DNA from: Patescibacteria group bacterium
Lineage (GTDB): Bacteria; Patescibacteriota; JABMPQ01; JAQVVF01
Length of the DNA: 64,000 nucleotides
Assembly: GCA_041662665.1 (NCBI GenBank)
Contig: JBAZSC010000001.1
Span: 129,511 to 193,510, forward strand
Direction: 5' to 3'
Shown here piece by piece: positions 27,796 through 37,142 of this stretch. The first letter of the stretch is position 1. Each line of letters begins with the position of its first letter. Below the pieces are notes generated by a model. That model worked only from the letters and a program-made list of their open reading frames with translations. It searched no databases and was not told where the DNA came from. A program made the position numbers and the translations under genes.

Positions 27796-28276
27796 AATTA
27801 ATAAAATAAGTAAAATTAATAAAACGACGAAATAAAAACAAAAAAATGGCAAAAATAAATCGAATAGAAGATTTAGATGCATGGCAAGAGGCAAGAAAAC
27901 TTTGTCAAGGAATATATCTTATTACAAATCATTTTCCAAAATATGAACTTTATAATATTATGAAGCATTTGAGAGAAAATGGTCGAGGAGTACCTGCTAA
28001 TATTGCAGAAGGATTTGGCAGATATTTTTTCAAGGAAAAATTAAGATTTTATGGAATAGCTAAGGGTTGTTTAGAAGAGATGAGAAATGATATTTATTTA
28101 TCTTATGACAGTAAATATATTAACAAAGAAATATTCAACAAATTTATCAATCAGATTAATAAAGTTTGCAAACAAATTAATGGACTGATTTCTATTACCC
28201 TTCAATTTATGAAAAAGCATTAAAAATTTCTATTAATTTTATTTCTTATTAATTTTACTAATCTTACTTATTTTAC
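27793..28276 (+). mobile_element. IVS-like element: four-helix-bundle gene carried inside an intergenic inverted repeat
   Basis: Left arm gtaaaattaataaaataagtaaaattaataaaa (about 27793-27825) and right arm ttctattaattttatttcttattaattttactaatcttacttatttta (about 28228-28276) are mutually inverted. They flank the CDS 27846..28223. Confidence 0.45.
27846..28223 (+). CDS. four-helix-bundle protein (family typically encoded in 23S rRNA intervening sequences)
   Basis: LDAWQEARKLCQGIYLITNHFPKYELYNIMKHLRENGRGVPANIAEGFGRYFFKEKLRFYGIAKGCLEEM carries the family hallmarks FP..E.Y.L..Q.RR...S...NIAEG.GR......FL.IA.GS..E. Confidence 0.65.
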   Translation: MAKINRIEDLDAWQEARKLCQGIYLITNHFPKYELYNIMKHLRENGRGVPANIAEGFGRYFFKEKLRFYGIAKGCLEEMRNDIYLSYDSKYINKEIFNKFINQINKVCKQINGLISITLQFMKKH

Positions 28277-28281
28277 AGTTT

Positions 28282-29043
28282 ATGTTCAGCAGCATTTCTG
28301 CATATTTTTCCACATTTACATTAATAGATTATATTACAACAATTTTAGACATTGGAATTGTTGCTGTTTTGATTTACTTTGCTTTCGCATTTGTCAAAGG
28401 TACTAAAGCTACAAGAATAATTTATGGCATAATAATTTTAAGTGTTGTTGTAGTTATTGGCAGATTACTAAATTTGCAAACTTTGAATTGGGTCTTGTCG
28501 CATTTAACATTATTAATTTTAGTCGCTATACCAGTTGTCTTTCAGCCAGAATTAAGAAGAGCTCTAGAGAGATTAGGCCGTGCCAATATTTTTGGCAAAA
28601 CAAAAAAAGAGTCAACAAAAATCAACGATATTATTGAAGCAATTGAAATTTTAAAGAAAAACAGAATTGGCGCATTAATAGTAATTCAAAGAAAAACTGG
28701 CTTATTAGAATATGTTGAATCAGGAACAGAGCTAAATGCTAATTTATCAATTGCATTATTGCTAAATATTTTCTTTCCAAATTCTCCATTGCATGACGGT
28801 GCAGTCATAATTTTAGGCAACAAGATTCTAGCTGCTGGCTGTATGTTGCCACTTACAGAAGGCGAATATTCAATGACCTACGGCACTCGCCACAAAGCAG
28901 CAATTGGCGTTACCGAAAATACAGATGCCATTGCCTTAGTTGTTTCTGAAGAAAGAGGCGAGGTCTCGATTGCCATTGACGGACATTTGGAGGAAAAAGT
29001 TGGAACGGAAAAATTAGCGAATAAGCTTGAACAGCTTGTTTAG
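28282..29043 (+). CDS. cdaA: diadenylate cyclase CdaA (c-di-AMP synthase)
   Basis: N-terminal TM helices. DAC-domain motifs HDGAVIILGNKI and GTRHKAAIGVTE (cf. DGA / RHRAA). Confidence 0.85.
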   Translation: MFSSISAYFSTFTLIDYITTILDIGIVAVLIYFAFAFVKGTKATRIIYGIIILSVVVVIGRLLNLQTLNWVLSHLTLLILVAIPVVFQPELRRALERLGRANIFGKTKKESTKINDIIEAIEILKKNRIGALIVIQRKTGLLEYVESGTELNANLSIALLLNIFFPNSPLHDGAVIILGNKILAAGCMLPLTEGEYSMTYGTRHKAAIGVTENTDAIALVVSEERGEVSIAIDGHLEEKVGTEKLANKLEQLV

Positions 29044-29157
29044 AATTTTCAATTACCAATTTCCAATTTTCAAATAATATTCAATGGACAATTTTCATTG
29101 GAAATTGATCATTGGTAATTGATTGTAAATTGATAATTGGAAATTGAAAATTATTTT

Positions 29158-30357
29158 ATGTCTAACAACTTTTATCTCAAAATTTTGGCCATAATCTCTG
29201 CAATTTGTTTGTGGTTTTTTGTCATTAACGAAGGCTTTAGAGTTGATAATTTAGATACTGAATTGACAATTAAAGCACAGAATCTTTCTGAAGATTTGAT
29301 AATTACTAATAATTTGCCAAACGTTAAAGTAAAATTGCGCGCTCCAAATGACGTCTGGCAAAAAAAAGATATTGCCACCAAAATAGATGCCTCAATTAAT
29401 TTGCAATATTATAGCCAAGGTGAATATGATATTGAAGTAAAAGTAGAAGCTTTAGACAAGAATATTCAAATCATAGAACAAGAGCCAAAATCAGTTCACG
29501 TAATTTTATCGCCAATTATTTCAATTGAAAAACAAGTTGAATTAGAAACATCTGGAAATTTGGGCAAAGATTATCAAGCATCCAAACCAAAATTTTCACA
29601 AAGCGAAGTTAATGTTGAAAGCGCTCAAGTCATTTTAGATAAAATTGTTAAAGTTGTTGCGCCAATAAAATATAATGGCGAAATGTCAGAAATTAAAAAG
29701 ACTGTAGAATTAGAAGCCAGAGATAAAGATAATAAAAAAATTGATAAAGTAAATATTCTGCCAAAAACAGTTGAAGTTATTATTCCTGTTAATAAAGAAA
29801 ATGGCGAAAAAACAGTTGGTGTTAAAGCAAATATTATTGGCAATTTGCCTGCTGGCGCTACGATTGAAAAAATAGAAACCAATCCGTCAACTGTTACGAT
29901 CAAAGGCAAGAATGAAAAGATTAAGGATATTGACACAGTCGAAACGGAAATCATAGATTTAAGTGAAATGACAGAAGATGTTAATGAAAAAAAAGTTAAT
30001 TTAAATTTGCCAGATGGAATTGAAATCTTAGGCAATCCGCAAATTACAGTCAAAATTTATTTAAACCAGCAAACAATTTCCAAACAATTTTCAGGCATTA
30101 TAAAATACAAAAATCTTAACGATCAATTTAAAGTTGGTGGTATTATGCCAAGTCGCATCCAATTGACAATTGAAGGCCCATCTGCTAAAATCAATAGCTT
30201 AAATGAGGATGATGTTTTTATAGAAATTGATTTAGCAAATAAAACAGAAGGAACTCCAGAATTTAGTATTTCGCCTGAAAGCATTTCAGTCCCATCAGGC
30301 ATCACTGTTAAGAGCGTTGAAACAAGATCAATCAAAGTTATTATTGTCAAGAAATAA
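29158..30357 (+). CDS. cdaR: YbbR-like domain protein CdaR (regulator of CdaA)
   Basis: Immediately downstream of cdaA. N-terminal TM (LKILAIISAICLWFFV) and repeated YbbR-like beta-rich segments. The track start 29137 lies in an intergenic palindrome, so Met 29158 is preferred. Confidence 0.65.
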   Translation: MSNNFYLKILAIISAICLWFFVINEGFRVDNLDTELTIKAQNLSEDLIITNNLPNVKVKLRAPNDVWQKKDIATKIDASINLQYYSQGEYDIEVKVEALDKNIQIIEQEPKSVHVILSPIISIEKQVELETSGNLGKDYQASKPKFSQSEVNVESAQVILDKIVKVVAPIKYNGEMSEIKKTVELEARDKDNKKIDKVNILPKTVEVIIPVNKENGEKTVGVKANIIGNLPAGATIEKIETNPSTVTIKGKNEKIKDIDTVETEIIDLSEMTEDVNEKKVNLNLPDGIEILGNPQITVKIYLNQQTISKQFSGIIKYKNLNDQFKVGGIMPSRIQLTIEGPSAKINSLNEDDVFIEIDLANKTEGTPEFSISPESISVPSGITVKSVETRSIKVIIVKK

Positions 30358-30398
30358 CTTTATAAACTTTATAACTTTAAGAACTTTATAACTCGTTT

Positions 30399-30971
30399 AT
30401 GTTAATTCCCACAGTCATCGAAAAATCAAATTATGGCGAACGTGCTTATGATATTTATTCCAGACTATTAAAAGATAGAATCGTTTTTTTAGGCGGAGAA
30501 ATTGATGATAATTTAGCTAATACAGTTATTGCTCAATTATTATTTCTTGAATCCGAAGACAAAACAAAAGATATTAAATTATACATTAATTCAAATGGCG
30601 GATCAGTTAGCGCTGGACTAGCAATCTATGATACAATGCAATATATCAAGCCAGATGTGTCAACAATTTGTGTTGGCTTGGCTGCATCAATGGGAGCAAC
30701 TCTTCTTTTAGCTGGTGCTAAAAATAAAAGAATGGCTTTGCCAAATGCTGAAATAATGTTGCATCAAATTATGGGTGGAGTACAAGGCCAGGCATCTGAT
30801 ATTGAAATTACAGCCAAACAAATTTTAAAGCTAAAAGAAAGATTAAATAAAATTATTGCTAAACATACCAATCAGAAATTAACTCAAATTGAACAAGATA
30901 CAGATCGTGATTATTATATGACTTCTGATGAAGCTAAAAAATATGGAATCGTTGATCAAATTATAAAATAA
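30399..30971 (+). CDS. clpP: ATP-dependent Clp protease proteolytic subunit
   Basis: [24 protein letters not shown]...[38 protein letters not shown], with Ser/His catalytic context. Confidence 0.9.
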   Translation: MLIPTVIEKSNYGERAYDIYSRLLKDRIVFLGGEIDDNLANTVIAQLLFLESEDKTKDIKLYINSNGGSVSAGLAIYDTMQYIKPDVSTICVGLAASMGATLLLAGAKNKRMALPNAEIMLHQIMGGVQGQASDIEITAKQILKLKERLNKIIAKHTNQKLTQIEQDTDRDYYMTSDEAKKYGIVDQIIK

Positions 30972-31063
30972 TACAAATATACAAATCTACGCAAATGATG
31001 CGAATATGCAAATTCGTATATTTGTATCATTTGCATAAATTCGTAAATTAGTATTATAATTTT

Positions 31064-31192
31064 ATGAAAAAAATCACTAGCATTTTAAAATCAATTCCAG
31101 CAGTAATTATTGGATTCATTTCCGGAATATTTTTGTTCGGAGTCTTAGGAATTCTCTGGAGAAGAAAAAAGAAAAAAGAAATTAAAAAATAA
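31064..31192 (+). CDS. possible 42-aa single-TM peptide
   Basis: MKKITSILKSIPAVIIGFISGIFLFGVLGILWRRKKKKEIKK. No strong SD. Below the track cutoff. Confidence 0.25.
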   Translation: MKKITSILKSIPAVIIGFISGIFLFGVLGILWRRKKKKEIKK

Positions 31193-31244
31193 TATTTTTC
31201 ATTTAATAAAATTTTGTTAAAATAAAAATAAGGAGGAACAAATT

Positions 31245-31370
31245 ATGAAAAAGAAAAATAATAAAGTTTTAATTGTTTCTAATCAAGAAAGATTAATGAT
31301 TTTAATCGAATTATTATTCAAAAAGAAAATTTTAAGTAAAAAAGAATTTAATTTGTTGCAAGAAGTTTAA
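31245..31370 (+). CDS. possible 41-aa small protein
   Basis: ATG 8 nt after an AAGGAGG SD. MKKKNNKVLIVSNQERLMILIELLFKKKILSKKEFNLLQEV. Confidence 0.4.
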   Translation: MKKKNNKVLIVSNQERLMILIELLFKKKILSKKEFNLLQEV

Positions 31371-31379
31371 ATTAAAAAA

Positions 31380-31601
31380 ATGGAAAAAAAATATCAAAGC
31401 AAAACATTTGGATTATTTAAATCAATGCCATCTTTTTCAAGAGGAATAAGCAGAGCTTTTGATTTGACAGGAATTATCAATGAAAATAATTACAATACTT
31501 CAAAAACAGATAAAGAAGCAGATTTTAATGCTTTAAAAGGTGATTGGGAAGTTGTTGGAAATGATTTAAAAACAGCAATAAAAAATTATGACAAAGAATA
31601 A
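31380..31601 (+). CDS. small hypothetical protein (73 aa)
   Basis: ORF followed by a hairpin terminator (CTCACCAagctaaTGGTGAG + T-run at about 31640-31670). Confidence 0.4.
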   Translation: MEKKYQSKTFGLFKSMPSFSRGISRAFDLTGIINENNYNTSKTDKEADFNALKGDWEVVGNDLKTAIKNYDKE

Positions 31602-31700
31602 TTATAAAGAAAAAATCAGAAAAAACCAAAAAAAATCTCACCAAGCTAATGGTGAGTTTTTTGTTTTTTATATAAATAAAAAAAAGACCATCAGGTCTTA

Positions 31701-32201
31701 TTAAAAAGTGCTTTTTCCATGCAAAGCCAGAATCAAAGCCAGGAAAGAATTAAAACAGAAATGAGCTATTGTACAGATCATCAATGCTTTAAAACCTTTT
31801 TTATTGATTCCGCCAGTTTTCAAAAAAAGAATGCAAAGCGTAAATCCAGACACACCTTGAACCAAAATATTTGATGACCCTCCATGAAGATACCCAAAGG
31901 CAGCAGATAGCATGATTGCCATTATTAAAGCATAACGAAATTTTTTATCATCAGGAAAATAATTCATTAATAGTAATGGAGCGCGAAAAAAAAGTTCTTC
32001 ACGTAGTGCAAAAGTAAACAATATGATGAACGTTTTATAATTGCATATTGGCATTTCTAGTTCTATTTTTGGTAATTTTATATTACTGAAATGAATTAAT
32101 ATATCAGCAGCAATCAATGAGTAAACCAAATTGAAGAGAAGGGCTGTCAATATTAGCATTGGAATTTCCGAATTTTTGGCTTCATTTTTTAGCCAATCCA
32201 T
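31701..32201 (-). CDS. CPBP-family intramembrane metalloprotease (CAAX protease-like)
   Basis: Polytopic. EELFFRAPLL (EExxxR motif) and FGYLHGG (conserved His). A terminator hairpin overlaps the stop at about 31684-31706. Confidence 0.6.
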   Translation of the reverse strand: MDWLKNEAKNSEIPMLILTALLFNLVYSLIAADILIHFSNIKLPKIELEMPICNYKTFIILFTFALREELFFRAPLLLMNYFPDDKKFRYALIMAIMLSAAFGYLHGGSSNILVQGVSGFTLCILFLKTGGINKKGFKALMICTIAHFCFNSFLALILALHGKSTF

Positions 32202-32301
32202 TTCTTCCTCCTTGTCTAGTTTTAAAGTGCAATAATTTGCTTATCGCAAAGAATAGCATAATAAAACAAAAATTGTCAAGTCTATAAATTTCCTTTTTTC
32301 C

Positions 32302-32330
32302 TTGCCAAATCGTTTTATTTTTGCTATACT
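32302..32330 (+). promoter_or_regulatory. sigma70-like promoter TTGCCA - 17 nt - TATACT upstream of rny
   Basis: Near-consensus hexamers with 17-nt spacing, about 240 nt upstream of the rny start. Implies a long 5' leader (approximate coordinates). Confidence 0.45.
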
Positions 32331-32570
32331 CAAAGGTGCTAAAAAGTAAAAATTTTAGCATGAATTTTATAAATAAATTGGTCGCATACCGTAATTTGTT
32401 GTATTTTCATTAAACTTGAATTATTTTTGAAAAAAATTATGTTTGACTTTTGTAAAAAACTTTATTTAAGCCAAAATTTATCAAAAATCACCAAGATTCT
32501 TTCTTAAAGAATAGTTTTTTAAAACCAAAAAAATCCAAGTTTTCCACTTTTTACGGATGTGAATATTGAA

Positions 32571-34103
32571 ATGAACAGTATCTTATTAGTACTTATTAGC
32601 GCAATTATTGCTTTAATCGTTGGTTTAGCAGCTGGTTACGTATTAAGAAAATTTATTGCCAAAAGCAGGCAAGATTCAATTGAAGCAAAAACTGAAGCGT
32701 TAGTTGAAACAGCAAAAGCAAAACAAAAAGAAATCTTATTAGAAACAAAGACACAGGCTCTAGAAATCAAAGAAAACGCTGAAAAAGATCAGCGAGAAGG
32801 AAGAGCTAAGCTTTTAGATTTTCAATCGAAATTATCTCAAAGAGAAGGAATTCTTAATCAAAAATTAGATTCAATTTCTCAAAAAGAAGAACAATTAGAA
32901 AAAGGCAATCGAACAATTCAAAGAAAAACTCAAGAATTAGGCGAGATCCGAAAAAAACAAATGGCAACATTAGAAAAAGTTGCTTCATTATCACGAGAAA
33001 AAGCCAAAGAAGTTTTGTTAGAAATGGTTGAAAAAGATCAGCAAGAAAGAGTTTTAGGTATTATCAAAAAAGCTGAAAATCGCGCTAAAGACGAAGCTGA
33101 CACAAAAGCAAAAAATATTATTTCTCAAGCAATTGAACGTTATGCTCGTCCTCAAGCTTCTGAATCAACAGCAACAACTGTTTCTTTACCTTCAGACGAA
33201 ATGAAAGGCAGAATTATTGGACGCGAAGGACGAAATATCAAAAGAATTGAAGAATTATGCGGTATTGAAATTGTTGTCGATGATACTCCAGAAGCAATTG
33301 TTATTTCAGGATTTAATCCAATCAGACGCCATGTTGCCAAAAGAACATTGGAAAGATTAATCCAAGATGGCAGAATTCATCCAGCAAAAATCGAAGAAAC
33401 AGTTAATATGGTTAAAAAAGAAATCGCTCATGAAATCAAAGAAGCTGGCGAGCAAGCAGCATATGAATTAGGTATTGCTGATTTAGATTCAAAATTAGTT
33501 CAAGTTTTAGGCAGATTGAGATTCAGATCATCTTATGGACAAAATGTTTTAAGGCACTCCATCGAAGTTGCAAATTTTGCCAAAATCATGGCCGAAGAAT
33601 TGGGAGCTGATGTTAACATCGCTAAAAAAGCTGGTCTTTTGCATGATATTGGAAAAGCAGTTGATCATGAAATTGAAGGAACACACATTGAAATTGGTAG
33701 AAATATTTTGAAAAAATTTGGTGTCTCCGAAGAAATTATTCATGCAGTAGAATGCCATCATGAAGATGTTGAACCGCATACAGTTGAAGCAGTTATCGTC
33801 AAAGCAGCTGATGGAATTTCAGGTGCCAGACCAGGTGCTCGAAAAGATACTTATGAAAATTATATTAAACGTTTAACAGATCTTGAAAATATTGCTTTGA
33901 GCTTCGAAGGTGCAGAAAAAGCTTATGCTATTCAAGCTGGTCGCGAAGTTCGTATTTTCGTTACTCCAGAAGAAGTTGATGACTTGGGAGCAAAGAAATT
34001 AGCTCAAGCTATTGCTGACAAAATTGAAAAAGAACTGCGATATCCAGGTGAAATTAAGGTTAACGTGATTCGCGAGACTCGTGCAGTTGATTTTGCGAGA
34101 TAA
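32571..34103 (+). CDS. rny: ribonuclease Y
   Basis: N-terminal TM (MNSILLVLISAIIALIVG). KH domain GRIIGREGRNIKRIEELCGIEIVVDD. HD domain HSIEVANFAKIMAEELGADVNIAKKAGLLHDIGKAVDHE. Confidence 0.9.
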   Translation: MNSILLVLISAIIALIVGLAAGYVLRKFIAKSRQDSIEAKTEALVETAKAKQKEILLETKTQALEIKENAEKDQREGRAKLLDFQSKLSQREGILNQKLDSISQKEEQLEKGNRTIQRKTQELGEIRKKQMATLEKVASLSREKAKEVLLEMVEKDQQERVLGIIKKAENRAKDEADTKAKNIISQAIERYARPQASESTATTVSLPSDEMKGRIIGREGRNIKRIEELCGIEIVVDDTPEAIVISGFNPIRRHVAKRTLERLIQDGRIHPAKIEETVNMVKKEIAHEIKEAGEQAAYELGIADLDSKLVQVLGRLRFRSSYGQNVLRHSIEVANFAKIMAEELGADVNIAKKAGLLHDIGKAVDHEIEGTHIEIGRNILKKFGVSEEIIHAVECHHEDVEPHTVEAVIVKAADGISGARPGARKDTYENYIKRLTDLENIALSFEGAEKAYAIQAGREVRIFVTPEEVDDLGAKKLAQAIADKIEKELRYPGEIKVNVIRETRAVDFAR

Positions 34104-34233
34104 ATATAAACATGAAGATATTACGGAAATTATTGATCAAAAACAATATCCTAATATCTTAATATCCGAATATCTAACAAGTTTGTACTGAAAAAACGAT
34201 TTTGATATTACGGATATTAATAAAATTTATAAT

Positions 34234-34869
34234 ATGGAACCAGGATCACCAGAAGGACAAGTTGTAGAAGAACAAGGACCATTGCCTAAAGAAACACAGA
34301 AAGCATTAGATTTTGTCAATGATATTGAAATGTCTTTGACAACTCCGAAAGAAAAAGAAGAATTTTTTCGTGATTTACAATCACAATTATTTAGTTTTAT
34401 GCTGAATATTAGACCTTCTGTTCTTGCCATTGGCTTTAAAGACCCAGATGCCATCCAAAAATTAGTAGACCAATATAAGAAAAATGCTTTTGTCTATAAT
34501 GGAAAAATGATAGTTGATCGAGATTTAGTTCAGCAAAGAATTTCTGAAGAAACTGATTTTGCTAAAGCATTAGGATGGAAAGACGGAATGAGTATTGATG
34601 CCTGGTTAAAACAAGGGAGTCCAAAGAAAATGGGTAGACAAAGTGGGATAATTGGTTTTTTTCTTGGATATCCTAAAAGTGCAGTTATAGCATATTCATT
34701 TAGACGTATAAAAAAAAGTGTTACTGTAAATATTGAGGGACCTTATGAAAGTGATGCATTAATTTTTGCAACTGACAAAAGTCTTGTCGATTCCGAAGAT
34801 GTTAAAGCTCTAAAAGAAAAATATAAAACAGCTTTTGAAAAAGCTGGATTAGGAAGAGACTTAAAATAA
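34234..34869 (+). CDS. hypothetical protein (211 aa) inserted between rny and ymdB
   Basis: ORF with no recognised motif. Confidence 0.4.
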   Translation: MEPGSPEGQVVEEQGPLPKETQKALDFVNDIEMSLTTPKEKEEFFRDLQSQLFSFMLNIRPSVLAIGFKDPDAIQKLVDQYKKNAFVYNGKMIVDRDLVQQRISEETDFAKALGWKDGMSIDAWLKQGSPKKMGRQSGIIGFFLGYPKSAVIAYSFRRIKKSVTVNIEGPYESDALIFATDKSLVDSEDVKALKEKYKTAFEKAGLGRDLK

Positions 34870-34873
34870 ATTT

Positions 34874-35662
34874 ATGATAATTTTATTCTTCGGTGATATC
34901 GTTGGCAGAGCTGGTCGTTCTGCAATTAAAAAAATATTACCAGAACTAAAAACTAAATATAATCCAGATTTAATAATTGCTAATGGCGAAAATCTTGCCC
35001 ATGGTCTTGGTATTACAAAAAAAACAGTTCAAGAAGTTTTAGATTCAGGTGTTGATGTTTTAACATCTGGAAATCATATTTATGACAAGACAGAAGGCAT
35101 TGAAATGTTACAGCAAGATAGTAATTTGCCAATTATCAGACCAGCAAACTACCCATTAGATAATCCAGGCAAAAGATATATCATTAAACAAGTTCGGACT
35201 AAAAAAGTTTTGATCACAAATGTTTTAGGCCGAGTTTTTATCAAAGAAGATTTAGATTGTCCATTTAAGACAATTGATAAAATTTTAGAAGAAAATAAAA
35301 ATGAAAAAATAGATTTCAGTATCGTTGATTTTCACAAAGAAGCAACTTCAGAAGTCAAAGCTTTAGGTTTTTATTTAGATGGCAAAGTCTCGGTAGTACT
35401 AGGCACTCATACTCATGTTCAAACTTCTGATGAACAAATTTTAGAAAAAGGAACTGCTTATATTTCTGATGTTGGCATGGTTGGACTAAAGGATTCTGTT
35501 TTAGGCGTTCAAAAAGAAAAAGTTATTGATCAATTCTTGACTCAAATGCCTCATCGATGGGAAGTTGATGAAAGCGGAAAATGCATAATCAATGCTGTTG
35601 TCCTTAATTTTGAAAACGACAAAAAAACAATCACAAGAATTAATGAAGAAGTAGAGATCTAA
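34874..35662 (+). CDS. ymdB: YmdB-like metallophosphoesterase (TIGR00282 family; 2',3'-cyclic-nucleotide phosphodiesterase)
   Basis: MIILFFGDIVGRAGRSAIKKILPELKTKYNPDLIIANGENLAHGLGIT...GNH...GTHTHVQTSDEQILEKGTAYISDVGMVG closely parallels B. subtilis YmdB. Located in the rny neighbourhood. Confidence 0.85.
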   Translation: MIILFFGDIVGRAGRSAIKKILPELKTKYNPDLIIANGENLAHGLGITKKTVQEVLDSGVDVLTSGNHIYDKTEGIEMLQQDSNLPIIRPANYPLDNPGKRYIIKQVRTKKVLITNVLGRVFIKEDLDCPFKTIDKILEENKNEKIDFSIVDFHKEATSEVKALGFYLDGKVSVVLGTHTHVQTSDEQILEKGTAYISDVGMVGLKDSVLGVQKEKVIDQFLTQMPHRWEVDESGKCIINAVVLNFENDKKTITRINEEVEI

Positions 35663-35829
35663 TTTCTAATTTCTATTAAATTTTCAATGAATAATTTCTA
35701 AACGCAGAGCTAATTGCTCTGTTTTAAATTGTTCTTTGCGCTAAAATAAGTTAAAATAACACTAAGGTTTTAAAATTTATAATTAGAAATTTAATAAAAA
35801 TTGAAAATTGAAAATTGTAATACAAATTT

Positions 35830-36897
35830 ATGTCAAATAAAAATCAAAATGTCTCTGAATTGAGACAAGATATCGTCTCCAAAAACTGGGTCGTTATTGC
35901 GTCAGGCAGATCAAAAAGACCAAAAACCTATCAAGGAATAAAAGTTGCTGTTTTAGAACAGCCAAAAAAAGATTGTCCATTTTGCAATTTTGATAAACAG
36001 CCTGACACTCATGTCACTTTAATTCATCCTTTAATTCCAAATGATCCATATATTGCTGAATTAAAAAAAGAAGGCAACCCTTTGCCTACCTGGAAAAAAG
36101 AGCCATATAGCATCATTGATGTCCAAAACAAATTTCCAGCTTTTGTGTCAGATCAAAAATTTACCGAAAAACAAGTTGGACCTTACAAGGTATTGCCTGG
36201 CTTTGGCTATCATGAAGTCATAATTCCAGCTTCACATAACAAAACTTATGGTCAGTTAGCAGATTCAAGAGTCAAAGAAATAATTGATGTTTTTCAAGCT
36301 CGCTATTTAGCTTTAGCCAAAGAACCTCATATCGATTACATTTCTATAATTCATAATCACAGACCAGAAGCAGGCGCATCAGTTGCTCATCCTCATTCTC
36401 AGCTTTTTGCAATTCCAGTTATTCCAAAAGATATTAGAAATTCTTTGCATGGCTCAAAAAAATATTTTGCCGAACATGGAAAATGTCCACATTGTGAAAT
36501 TTTAGAATGGGAGAGAGAAAAAAAAGTTCGCGTGATTTTTGAAAATGATGATTTTATTGCCATCTGTCCATTTACATCTGTTGTTGCTTTTGAAGTCAGA
36601 ATTTATCCAAAGCTTCACTCGCCATATTTTGAAAGAATCGAAGATACAGAAAAAATAAATCTCGCCAAAGCATTAAAATTTTCTTTAAACAAACTTTATA
36701 AGGCTTTAAATGATCCGCCATTTAATTTTTTTATCCATACCGCACCAGCTGATGAGCAGAATCATGATCATTATCATTGGCATATTGAAATTTTGCCAAA
36801 AGTCACAATCTGGGCTGGCTTTGAATTATCAACAGGTATTGAAATTTCAACAGTCGAACCAGAAGAAGCTGCAAAGCTACTTCGAGATACTAAGTAA
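35830..36897 (+). CDS. GalT-family (HIT-like) hexose-1-phosphate uridylyltransferase-like protein
   Basis: CPFCNFDKQPD (zinc site) and SVAHPHSQLFAIP (HPH.Q active-site motif of galactose-1-phosphate uridylyltransferase). Confidence 0.6.
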   Translation: MSNKNQNVSELRQDIVSKNWVVIASGRSKRPKTYQGIKVAVLEQPKKDCPFCNFDKQPDTHVTLIHPLIPNDPYIAELKKEGNPLPTWKKEPYSIIDVQNKFPAFVSDQKFTEKQVGPYKVLPGFGYHEVIIPASHNKTYGQLADSRVKEIIDVFQARYLALAKEPHIDYISIIHNHRPEAGASVAHPHSQLFAIPVIPKDIRNSLHGSKKYFAEHGKCPHCEILEWEREKKVRVIFENDDFIAICPFTSVVAFEVRIYPKLHSPYFERIEDTEKINLAKALKFSLNKLYKALNDPPFNFFIHTAPADEQNHDHYHWHIEILPKVTIWAGFELSTGIEISTVEPEEAAKLLRDTK

Positions 36898-36965
36898 GAA
36901 AGTTATTAACAAGTTATCATTTGCTATTATCTTTTGGCTTACTTATAATAAAAACATACAAATCT

Positions 36966-37085
36966 AAAAACAAATGTCATCCTGAGCCAAAGCTTCGGAT
37001 CCCGAGAATAAGAAAATAATTACGGGATTCTTCCTGCCCGCAGTGCTACAGCGTTGCAGGCGGGCGGCTTTGGCCTCAGAATGAC
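36966..37085. repeat. GC-rich nested hairpin element (copy 1 of 2)
   Basis: The outer stem is gtcatcctgagccaaagc...gctttggcctcagaatgac and the inner stem ggatcccg...cgggattc. It also contains cctgcccgc..gcgggcgg. A second copy with the same outer and inner stems lies at 60553-60630. Confidence 0.55.
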
Positions 37086-37142
37086 GCGAAATTTTTCATT
37101 TTGCATTTATAATTTTTAATTTTTTGAGAGGTGGTGATAATT

